Shown here: piece after piece, positions 35,020-47,032 of the stretch
Layout: each line of letters begins with the position of its first letter
How positions within the stretch are numbered: position 1 is the stretch's first letter
Assembly: GCA_051294375.1 (NCBI GenBank)
Contig: CM119267.1
Span: 624,403 to 688,402 of the forward strand
DNA from: Paraspadella gotoi
Taxonomy: Eukaryota > Animalia > Chaetognatha
Reading direction: 5' to 3'
DNA length: 64,000 nt
Program-made: the position numbers and the translations under genes
Notes under the pieces: generated by a model
The model's database searches: none
What the model was told of the DNA's origin: nothing
Seen by the model: the letters and a program-made list of their open reading frames with translations, nothing else

Positions 35020-36669
35020 GAAGGAGGGAGAAGAAACTTTGCCAATGTTTTGTTATTTACTATAGTCTTTCAAAGTGTCTCTCTCTCAGTCTCGTTCCGT
35101 CTGCAACATTTGCCAAAACCAGATCGAGAATTGAGAAGAAAAACTTTGCCGATGAATCGCGAAAGAGTGTTTGGCGTCGACAGCCAAGAGTTGATGTTGC
35201 GAGCTGATGTTGTGAAGTGATGTTTAGAGGTGATGTGGTGAGATAATATTGTGAAGTGATGTTGAGAGGCGATGTGGTGAGATGAGATGATAATGTAGTG
35301 AATTGAGATGATGTTTCGTGTTGTGGTTCAATTCAAAATGCAAATCCCATGAAATTATGTTTTTAATTCGATTGCGTCTCATTTTAAATTCTTCTCTTTT
35401 TTAAAAAATTCTTTCTGTTTCTCTCATTTCTCTTTTTTCTTCATTGTCCCTTTATTAGATATTATGATTTAACTCGTTCATTAATTAGGAACAGAAATGA
35501 GGCGCTTTTGGTAAATAGTGCCAAGACATGAAAACATGAAAACATTTTAATTCCGAAAAAAAAATCGAATTATATCGGTCACAATTTTATCTTCGAAGGT
35601 GCGCCGCGAGTCGCGAGTCGCGAGTACTCGCGGTGCGACTTTAAGTTACTTTTCGCTCAGTAGGTGGGTCTGTTGATCTGACCCACATACATTTTAAACG
35701 CCCATTTCTCGGTAAATAGTGTATCTTTTTTTATAACACTTGTTAAAAAGGTCATTGTACCGTAAGATGCTTTTTGTGCTCACTTTTTTTAAATGCTTTT
35801 GTTGGAATGTAAACAAACTTATTTCGTTCGATTAATCAATAAAACTTTACATATGATTATGATTAATGATAATTATTTATTTTATTTTGTATTAAAACTT
35901 TTAATATAATATATAATATAATGTAATATAACTTTAATATAATGTGTCGTCACGTGATTAAATCTTTAAAATTGTTTTATCTTTTCCTTCGAATTTCCTC
36001 AAATTTGACCCAAATGTTTTTTTTTCGTCGCAAAGTTCAAAACGACGAATATTGTCGTCGTCGTCGTTGTTGTTGTCGTCGTTGTTGTTCCTATCACCAG
36101 ATCTGATTTCGTCACAACTGAGATGAATTCGATATTCAGATTCCCTTAACTAAAGATTACCATTCGCTCTCTTCTCGGTTTTTAATTCAAGAGTTGGATT
36201 CAGGTTTCAGATCTGGATTCATCTTGGAAATCAAGAATGAAATCTTTAAAGATTTCTATTCAAGTGGTTAAGAGGAGGAGGGGGAGGAGAAGGAGGAGGA
36301 GGAGGAGGACGACGACGACGATGACGACGATGACTTCGTTCAAGAGTGCAACATTGTATATTTTACAAAGGTAAGGAAAAACCTTTGGTCACGGAGCATC
36401 CCGGTCTTCTTGGGTGATCCATTAAAGTTCACTCTTGATGGTTGCGTGGCGTCTTTGTGAACTGAGGAAGTGATCAATGTCACTCGGGAGTCCGCCTTTG
36501 TGAGAGGCTCACAAGTGGAGGATGTGAAATCTCTCGCGAGTGCATCAGAATCACGAGGTCATCTTTGTTGATTGCGTCATCATCTCTCTTTTTGTCAACC
36601 ACAAGATTTCGAAAAACAAATGTGTTTAAAAAAGTTGTATTTAAACGAGTCTAAATTAAGTTAAGAGAG

Positions 36670-36770
<101 letters not shown>

Positions 36771-37562
36771 AGAGAGAACGCCGAATGCGTCGCATTGTCA
36801 CATGATTTGTTGAAAAGAAAATTATTAAACAATGAGAAATTAACTCTTAGTTATCGTCGTCGTCGTCGTCGTCGTCGTCGTCCACTCATATAAAAGAGAT
36901 TCTCAAACTTTGTCTCTATCTCACTCTCTCTTCTCATTATAAAAGAAACTCCGTCATCCAGAAATGACTACATCTCAATTCCGCAGCTAAAATAACTTTG
37001 AACAATTTCATTCGTTTTTCGTCGTTTGAATTGAAATTCTACGTAAAACGATTTGACTCATCAAATCAATTTCTCTTTTCTCGTCTTAAACGAACTCGTT
37101 TTGTCCGAAATCTAGTCTTACCACTTCTTTTATTTTGACAATTTTTTTCTTTTCTTTTTTCTTTTTGTCTCACTTGATTTTAATTTTTTTCGACGCCATT
37201 TTATTTTTCAACGCAATGGAAAAAAACAAGTGAACAACTTTTGCTATGAAATAATTAATTATAATCCACAAACCCACAATATCACACACTCGTACTTCGT
37301 CATAATTTTAAATTGTAAATTGACTACAAATATTCATTTGAATATAATATTAAACTCTGCCAATAAGCATAACTGACGCATTTTGTAATCAAAATTGACT
37401 ATAATCTTTAAAATGTGACTAAACATCCAATGAAACTCAACCGCCTTCACAGTTCAAACATTCGTATAACGCAATTATATCAGCCCAATATTCATTTATC
37501 GAAAAACCAAATCGTATTTTGAATCTCACCAAAATAACACCCGCCTCTTTTAAAACTTAAAA

Positions 37563-37641
37563 ATGGCGCGCGCCAATTATCGTATGGATAACGCAGCCGC
37601 CGCCGCTGCCGCTGGCTACGGCGCCTACGCCGGTTTTTTCG

Positions 37642-37674
<33 letters not shown>

Positions 37675-40600
37675 GCGGGGGACATCCCATGTTCTTCGCT
37701 CCGCCTCCTTTCTTTATCGGCGGTTATCAGGGGCGTGGAAGAGTGAGGAGCGTGTCCGAGGGAGAAAGACCTCAACACGTAGTCCTTGTCCCTAACGCGG
37801 GAATTTGGGGTGAGGAAAGAGTAAGGTAGCGATGCTTCTGCTGCCATGCTGCTGCTCCTGCTGTCGGGGAAAGGTTGGGACGCAGCTTGGGCAAGTTGAA
37901 AAAATGGAATCACGATCTTTAACATCAAAAATCAAGTTATAACATTTGTTATTATGTATTATGATATTATATTCTTGGTATTATTTCTTATATATCTTAT
38001 ATAACATAAACAAAACCTTATACGATATTTACTAGTTATTAATACTTTTAAAACAGGTTAAGTAAGTTAAATAGAATTATTAATTATAATTTTATAATCT
38101 CCAAAGACTTTTAAAGTATTGTGAAGCAAGTAATGTTGTAAAAAGAAATCATAACAACATGAACCTCCCTTCCTTTTTCTTCAGAGATGGCGACGGCCGA
38201 GAGCGGCGTCGTCGATCCGGCGCCGGCGGGAATGGACGACTCGGAACCCAAGCCTTCGGTGACCCTCCGTGACGCGTCATCCTTCATCGATGACGTCGCC
38301 AAATACTTCAACGCTGAAGATCTGAGCGACGTCGTCCTTCAAGTCGCCGACAAGAAATACGCAGCGCACAAGTTTATTTTGGGAAAGTCGTCAGAGGTAT
38401 GGGGATTGACATGGAGAGATATGGAGAGACATGGAGAGATATGAGAGGCATGGAGAGATATAAAGTTTAAGAGATTGAATTTAACAATGACGATTGCGTC
38501 GAATTAAAGGCGCGAATTTATTTTCATTTGGAATTAAAGTAATTAAAAAGAGATAGAGTTTTAAAAATGATAATTCATAATTTATCCCGCAAGGGGCCAT
38601 ATAATCTAATAACTTTAAATTGTAAGAACGCAATAACAAAGTTCATTAGAACTGAGGACAAAGCTTCCCAAAAATATCCGTTAGAGGTCAGGAGCGATTA
38701 AAGCTTAGAAATCAGGCTTTTTTTTTCGACAAAAGAACATCGAATTTAATACGAAAAGAGAGAAAACGCTTTCCGCAAATTTCTCGAAAAATTTTTTTAG
38801 AGTAATTAATAAATGATTGTATTATTATTAAAATAAATAATAATTGCTCGCTCACCGTAAAACCCTCAGGTTTTCAAGTCCATGCTGTTCCAATCCCATT
38901 GGACCCAGTCTTCCATGGAGACTGTCCAACTGGAGGAACCCGACGATGTGCACGACGTCTTCGACATATTCCTCAAATTCATGTACACGTCGGAAGTGAC
39001 GGTGGACGCGGACTCCGTCATCCCCGTACTCTGTCTCGCGGATAAATATTGCGTCTCGGGACTCCGCGATCTCTGCACTTCGTACATGGTGAGAAAATTA
39101 ATTGATTAGAGATGATTAATTAATCAGAGATGATGAGAGATGCTTAATTGATTAGAGATGATTAATTGATTAGAGATGATTTATTGATAAGAAATGATTA
39201 ATTGATAAGAGATGAATAATTGATTAAAGATGATTAGAGATGATTAATTGATTAGAGATAATTAATTAATTAGAGATGATTAATTGATCAGAGATGTTTA
39301 GAGATTATTAATTGATTAGAGATGATTAGAAATAATTAATTGATTAGAGATGATTAATTAATTAGAGATGTTTAGAGATTATTAATTGATTAGAGAAGAT
39401 TAGAGATGAATAATTGAAAAGAGATGAAATAAATCCTCCCTAAATCCTCACTAAATTCTCCCTAAATCCTCCCCAAATCCTCACTAAATCCTCCCCGAAT
39501 CCTCCCTAAATCCTCACTAAATCCTCACTCCTCAGGTGGAACAAGCCAAATCCCCCCACGCCAAGCACGCCGTCAACTACTACTGCTTCGCCAAGGCGCT
39601 TTGCGTCAATCCTCTGATGGATCAATGCATCCGGACGAACGCTTGGCACGCCGAGGGTCTCCTCAAGTCGCGCGACTGGGTCGAGATGGACGTGGATTTG
39701 GTCGAGGACGTCCTCAAGACGTCGGAACTCGTCCTCCGCAACGAGATGACCGTCTTCAACGCCGTCAAGGACTACGTCTTCCACGAAAGCCACGCCCACG
39801 AACGCGACGCCCTCGCCAAGCGTCTCCTTCCTCTCGTCCGGTTCCCCCAGATGCTCGTCCACGAGCTCTTCAACGTGGAGACGGACGCCGGGGCCGAGTT
39901 TCTGACCCTGCCCGAGGTGGCGCCGCTGTTGTCCGAGCTCATCGCCCGCGCCTATCGATTCCGCGCCCTCTGTCCATCGCGAGAAAATCTGGGCGTGGAT
40001 TTCGGGGAAAACTTTTATCAACCTCGCGACTATCTGGATCTTTGCGTGGATTCGATCAACATGGCGAACACTTTGAGGTTCGGGATTCAGGTCGACGTCA
40101 GGATGTTTTCGGGTGAGTTGGACGAAAGAGGGAGAAGGGGGAAGACTGCGAGGGGGGGATTTAAGAAAGGTGAGAATAGGGAAAGATTATCGAGTTAGGA
40201 AGAATTAGCTAAACCTTTGAGAATAGGGAAAGATTATCGGAGTTAGGAAGAATTAGCTAAACCTTTGAGAATAGGGAAAGATTATTAAGTTAGAAGAATT
40301 AGCTAAACCTTTGAGAATAGGGAAAGATTATCGAGTTAGGAAGAATTAGCTAAACTTGAGAATAGGAAAGATTATTAAGTTAGGAAGAATTAGCTAAACC
40401 TTGAGAATAGGGAAAGATTATCGAGTTAGGAAGAATTAGCTAAACCTTTGAGAATAGGGAAAGATTATTAGTTAGGAATAATTAGCTAAACCTTTGAGAA
40501 TAGGGAAAGATTATCGAGTTTAGGAAGAATTAGCTAAACCTTTGAGAATAGGGAAAGATTATCGAGTTAGGAAGAATTAGCTAAACCTTTGAGAATAGGA

Positions 40601-42363
40601 AAGATTATCGAGTTAGGAAGAATTAGCTAAACCTTTGAGAATAGGGAAAGATTATCGAGTTAGGAAGAATTAGCTAAACCTTGAGAATAGGGAAAGATTA
40701 TCGAGTTAGGAAGAATTAGCTAAACCTTGAGAATAGGGAAAGATTATAAGTTAGAGAATAATTAGCTAAACCTTTGAGAATAGGGAAAGATTATCAGTTA
40801 GGATAATTAGCTAAACCTTTGAGAATAGGGAAAGATTATCAAGTTAGGAAGAATAAGCTTAACCTTTGAGAATAGGGAAAGATTATCAAGTTTAGAAGAA
40901 TTAACTAAACCTTTTCAGGTTTAATGAAATTGATACAATCAATATAAAAATTATCCATTCCTTCAATAACTAAGCTATGTTGCCTCTGACTTTGGCCTCC
41001 ATCACTCTTACAAGATAATAACTTTGCAGGTCTTTATAATATTTCAAAGTATTAGAATATTTTTTTCTTTTCCTCTAATCCCTTCCCTTCCCTTCCCTTC
41101 CCTTCCCTTCCCTTCCCTTCCCTTCCCTTCCCCTCCCCCTTTCTCTGCCCACTTAATTCCAGGTCCCGTTCCAGCTCAAGTCCGTGACGCAGAATGGAGA
41201 GTCGTGTACAGAAGACAAAACAACACCGTTTGGTCCGTCTCCTTCATTCCATCCGGTCAGTACGTCCGTCTCTCTCTCTCTCTGTGTCTGTCCGTGTCCA
41301 TCATTCTTGTGGTCCGTCCGTTCTTTCAGTCTTTCTGTCAATTTGTCCGTCTCTCCGTTAGACATTTTCCATGTTTTTCTCACCGTTTTGCTATCCTGTC
41401 TGTATCTCTTTGTGTCCATCGATCTGTGATGTTTGTCTGTCCTTCTTTCAACCCTTGAATTTATCCCCTATGCCCTTTGTTTTCATCTGTCTGTTTCTCT
41501 TCTGTCTGTCTGTCTGTTTGTCTGTCCTTCTTTCAACCCTTGAATCTATTCCCTCTGCCCTTTGTTTTCATCTGTCTGTTTCTCTTCTGTCTGTCTGTCT
41601 GTCTGTTTGTTTCTCTTTTTATTACTATGTCTTTGTCTTTGTCTGTCTCTCACTCTTTATTAATCTTGGTCTGTAATTAGTTTTTTTAATATCAACGTTC
41701 AACAATATCAATTAACTCTCCTTTACATATTTTAAGAAATGAACAGACAGCATAATTGTTATGAATCAGTTAGTTAGTTCAATGTAGCAGACCCTTGGCT
41801 TAAGATCAGGCTGTGGCACCGTGCTACAGTCGGGTTAAGCGCTTCGTCCCTTTTAACTGCTCGGTTGTTTAGATGTTAGGAAGCGAGAAGAATAAATATG
41901 TAGCAGATTGAGTTCCTCAGTCTCATTTGCATACTGTCGTATTCAGATTAAGCTTTGATAAATTATTGTTCTATTGCCTTAAAAGTTTAATATTAATATT
42001 TTACATTAGTAAATGATCATGTTTATTTGTGGGTCAATTAATAGCTAAATAATTAATGATTTAATTATCATAATTGCTAGTTTACAACTTTAATATCTCT
42101 CTGTTATAAATACACTATTTTGATTGATTAATTAATAAGTTAATATGAAATCTGCTACCCTATCTTCAGACTCTGCGATGAAGAACGGTGAGGCGAGAAT
42201 CGAAGCCTCACTCATCATTCTTGATGAGAAAGACGTGGTGGTGAGCGTGATCCGCGCTGGACCCGTTGGCTGCACGAGGACGACTTACCTCACGATCGAA
42301 CTCGACTCGGCTCACTTCACTCAAGCCAAGACAATGCAGACCATCATCAAGCCCACCATCTGA
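37563..42363 (+). CDS. BTB/POZ-BACK domain protein (BTBD17-like, Cullin-3 adaptor type)
   Basis: Exons 37563-37809, 38185-38396, 38870-39088, 39536-40112, 41163-41255, 42170-42363 join in frame. BTB: LSDVVLQV...YAAHKFILGKSSEVFKSML, FLKFMYTSEV, VLCLADKYCVSGL; BACK: SELVLRNEMTVFNAV, LLPLVRFPQM, YQPRDY. Confidence 0.9.
39100..39530. repeat. Two abutting minisatellites filling BTB intron 3 (GATTAATTGATTAGAGAT-like, then AAATCCTCCCT-like)
   Basis: Visible tandem units from the donor to the acceptor. Confidence 0.9.
40172..40913. repeat. 47-bp tandem minisatellite, about 16 copies, in BTB intron 4
   Basis: Unit GAGAATAGGGAAAGATTATCGAGTTAGGAAGAATTAGCTAAACCTTT; no unique spacers. Confidence 0.95.
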
Positions 42364-44227
42364 GACTGTCTCTGTCTCTGTCTCTCTCTGTCTCTGTCTC
42401 TCTCTCGCTCACATTTTTTTCTTTTTTGGGGGGGTCATCCGTTGACGTCGTCGTCGTCGTAGCAAAAAAAATGCAATTTCTAACAATTTGTTTAAATTTG
42501 TTTAAATATTTAATTCGTATTTAACCTCGAATTTTGTATTTTTTGACTGAATTAGTAAATTTTTTACATTATTTTTATCAACATTAGAGAATTATTTTTT
42601 TAATAAAATATTTAAACATTCAAAATTCAAAATTAATAAAAGGCAGTTTTGTTGTAAAATACAAATTTCGACGTTAAAAACACAAATATTTATTTACTCA
42701 AAGTTAAGAAAACAAAAAGTATAAAAGACAAATCAGGTCCAAACTTGTCTTATTCCTATCAACCTCTTATTTTAGAGGCAAATGAACGATATACATACAA
42801 CTGACTTGTACGTATATAAAAATAAATTTTGTACGCATTCCTCTTATGCGTTTCATCTAAACTTCATCCGCTTAAAGTGGATTTCGTTTTTCCGCTTAGA
42901 TACTTTGGCTTCTTGACATTTTTGAATCATGGATGATTTTAATGTTTTTCGTTTATTATTTATTTAATCTTGTCTCATATTTGTCGTCTGTTTACATTTG
43001 AATTATTATACATTATTCCTTCCTTTTATTCATTTTGAGTTTTGAATTTTTTTTTTTTTTTTGCATGCGGTTTCATTTCACGTTTTTAATTCATAATTCG
43101 AACTCGTAATTATCCTTACTTTGGATCAATTAATAATTAATATTTTTTAATTGGTTCTGTAGTGGATTTTTGTAGCGGTGGAGTTCTGTGCCGGAAAATC
43201 GTGCATTAACTATCATTTATTACTATTTCTTATTGTTTATCACCGATTTGCCTATCTTATTTATCATTCGTCACTGATTAGTCTTTTGTTCTTATATCTC
43301 AACGATTGAACATTGCCGGATCTAATTTGAGGTACTATGTTCAAAACTTGGTTTTCATTATTTTTGAGAAGAATATCTTTAAGCCATGTTTTTATTTGTA
43401 TAAACTAAAATAAATAAAATAAAATTTTAAAACCAGCTTATGTTAGATTCCTTCTCCATCACTTAAAAAATAAATATCACATCCATCTCTTTGTCTTTAG
43501 AGAAAAATTGTATTTAAAATATTTAATTTCGACATATAATTTAAATTCATCTATGCTGGATTAAGGGCCTTTTAAGTAATTCCTTCATTATAAACAGAAT
43601 AGTTTAGAAAAATATTCTCGTCTGTTTTTCTGTGAAATATTTTATAACTTTCTGCTCCATATTTTGTTAAAAGTAATTGGATAATTGGTGGATGGGAAAA
43701 ACTTGTTATCATCGTATCTAGAATGACTTTTTATTTTTAATTTTTGTCTTCATGCGTATTTAAATGATTTATGTTTACCAGTAGTTCAAAGGCGTATCGT
43801 CTAGGTTTTATAAAAATAACCACTAAACTAAATGGCTAAATTTTTTTTTGTAAACATGAAATACTATTCTTGTACGAAAGTGTATTTATGATTTTGTGAT
43901 TCATTTTGATACAAAATTCACTTATCGAAAAGAAAATGACAAAAAAAATAACAATAAAAAAGAGGGAAAAATTCACTCATCAATTTCCAACTTTAGTATC
44001 ACAATGAATCATAAATGTTTCTTTTCGTCTTAATCTGTTTTTGAAAATGTTTTGATTTGATATATATTTTTTCTCTGTCTTGTTTCTTATTTCGTTTTCC
44101 AACAAAATCCCGATGCCAAATTTTACTTTTTCGTTTCAACCAAGAAATCCGCTTGACAATTTCTCATTACATTCCTCTCTCCGAACTCGATTTAATTCTG
44201 TACTGATTGATTGATTGATTGACGTCC

Positions 44228-44240
44228 GTCACCAAGCAAC
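44228..44240. promoter_or_regulatory. RFX X-box-like motif (others at 47428-47440, 53528-53540, 57917-57929)
   Basis: GTCACCAAGCAAC; GTTGCTAAGAGAC; GTTGCTTAGCGAC; GTTTCTTAGCGAC fit the GTYNCY-NN-RGNRAC imperfect palindrome. Confidence 0.55.
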
Positions 44241-46246
44241 CTCCAAGAACCCGCCATTTTTTTCGATATCGAGAAATTCAAGACTAGAATTGTCTAGTGA
44301 AATGTGACGGTGATGACGAATTCACTGTGAAGTATCCGTGTGTGATACTCTCATGAAAATTTTCGCCGATAAAGAAAAAAAATCTCGGGTTTATTTATTT
44401 TTCGAAATAATTTTACAAAAAAAAAAAATCACGAATGTAAAGTATACAAATACAGTTTTCAAAAATACTTTTACTTTCCACTCTGATGTCAACTAGTATT
44501 AATACCATGCTTAAACTGTTAAATTATTAAAGATAGTTTTAAACTATTTGCGTTTGAGTGGAGAAGAGACGATGATTGAAAACTAAACTTTTTTTTTTTA
44601 ATTAGACAATCCTACTATTTCGAGTTTAGATATTTTTTTTCTGTAGCAGAATTTTTCGTTTTTCTCGTATTACGTTTTACTTCCGAGACATAGTATTTAT
44701 CAAAGTTTGCGTAATTTTCTTTTTACACCGTGTTCGTTAAAATGTTAAACATGTTTAGTTTCTCAAAAGTTTTCAAAATAAATAAACTTAAAAACTCATG
44801 AACGTTTGGTTTAATTTTAAATTAGACTCATGTCTAAGATTTGTCAAAAGTTATTGAAAAGAATTTATGTCATAAAAAAGTCGTTAGTAAAATGAAGTCA
44901 AAATTAAGTTTGACTGGAATCCAATCTGTCAGTCAATCCAGTCTGGATGACAACCGATGCTTTTTAAGTATTAGAGGTAGAAGCGCTAATTTCCAAAAGC
45001 GTCTAGGAACAAAAAAAAAAGTCAACACCTAGTAGAATTTCGATCCTACGCCCCACTTATACAGCATCGGCGCCTATTTTTCATCCGATTTCTCTGTATC
45101 CAGCGCCAGTCTGACGGCATTTCGCGACGACGAAGCCTGCGCCGTCCTTGACTAGGCCTGGCAACGACGCCCACCAGGAGGCGTTAGGGATGACATCCGT
45201 TCCGGTGGCGCCGCGTCGATATTTGAGAAAAACGAATCCACCGATGCAATAAATTATGACGAAGACGAAGAAGAGGATTAGAAGAATGCTGCCGGTGCTA
45301 AGACCGGAAGAGGGCGTGTCTGATTTGGTAGAGAAAGAGAGTAGGGTCAGTGGGTTATGCTACAATACTACTATTGTATGGAAAACTAAATCATTATTAA
45401 ACAATATGATAAAAGAAAACTTGTAAGAAAACCGAATCAAAAGATATAAGAAATAATCTAAACTACTACAATATGCAAATGAGATTCAAATAATTTCATT
45501 CGAAATGAATCACAAGTTACTCTACGACACCAAGCGGTGGTTGGTCATTTAAGTCACTCCCCCTCACAGGGTGGCACCGGGTCACCGGGACATTTGAGTC
45601 ACTCCCCCTCACAGGGTGGCACCGGGTCAGGTCCTTTTTCGCATCCTCCTGGACAGCAGCACTGGTGATCCATTCTGAAAGTGTAAAGGCTGCCAGTCGA
45701 AGAAATCTCTTCGCCATCCGAGGTGAGGGACGGGAGACCAGTGGCTGATGGATCGCAATGACAGACAAGCTTGCTTACACGGGTGCTTGATATATCCTTT
45801 GCCAAGAAAATTATTTCCAGGTCTCCAAAAAAATCTGAAAAAAGGTTTAAATCCTTTAAAGGTTTCGAGAGGAAAAATTGATTATAGAAATAGTTTCTTT
45901 TGGAGCATTAGCAAAATGTTTATTTGCCAAATATTTCGAAATGTACAGTATCCGATTTCGATTCTGGAGTCTTGATTCCTCTGCGATGTCATTATTGTTA
46001 TTTGATTTATAAAAGGGATATGTGATCACTATCATTATTTCGAAATATCACATAAAGGCCTCACCGTCAAATGTGAAACTGGGAGATAAGACGCTCTGCG
46101 AGCCGATGTCCCAATCCTCTTCACCGTGATGTTGACAAACGAGGACATCTGTGCATTGTGAACTCGATTCCGTGAATGTGAAACATGGATGAGATCGTAG
46201 TTCGTTGTGGGGTAAAAGGATCTGGGAGAGTGGGGGAGAGAGAGAG

Positions 46247-46313
<67 letters not shown>

Positions 46314-46453
46314 AGAGACAGAGAGAGAGGAGAGAGAGGACAGAGAGAAGTGAAGTTTGTAATTGTTACGGCTCGGCCGTCATCTGTTTGAATGGTTGCT
46401 TGTGGTTTCATATTTGCAGTGAATGTCACTTACATCAGAAGAGAGAGAGAGAG

Positions 46454-46498
<45 letters not shown>

Positions 46499-46770
46499 AA
46501 GAGATGAGAGAGAGAGAGAGAGGAGACCGACCTATAGCGTTTAAAACCGTGAGGATAACTCGATTTGATAATCGATCCAAGTTGCTTATGTCGGATTACT
46601 CCGCCCGCCGTTGTTCGACAACTGCACGCGTTGATTCTCGTGCATTCGTCCGCACAGACGACCGACCGTACGGGCAGAGAGACGAGGAAAAGGACGGGGA
46701 GTCGTACGAGTTGGAGAAGGGACGGAAGGACGAGTGGAGTGAGGGACATTTTCGGGTCTGAAGGGTCAGA

Positions 46771-47000
46771 ATGAAAACTGTTCCGGCTGAAGGTCAGTTA
46801 GATTTGGTGATTTTAAATCAGATTTTGTTAAAATTTATTCGTTTTTTAATTTATTTTGTCATGTTTTTCGTTTAAGATTCAACAAGAAATGATTTTTTTT
46901 ATCTGGTGCACATTGAATAATCTTAATTGCTGATAAGTCTTAAGAGTTTATCTTCTGATAAGTCATATCATCTATGTTTTTTTCTTTCTTTGTTTCTTTG

Positions 47001-47032
<32 letters not shown>

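Noticed and set aside
36270-36370. Another alternative coding first exon for the BTB gene (acidic run, strong donor at 36371)
   Set aside because: In-frame stop upstream, no ATG, and its phase does not match the acceptor at 38185; could still be a non-coding exon
40172-40913. CRISPR-like array (also 56160-56780)
   Set aside because: Pure tandem units with no unique spacers, in a eukaryotic intron, with no cas genes
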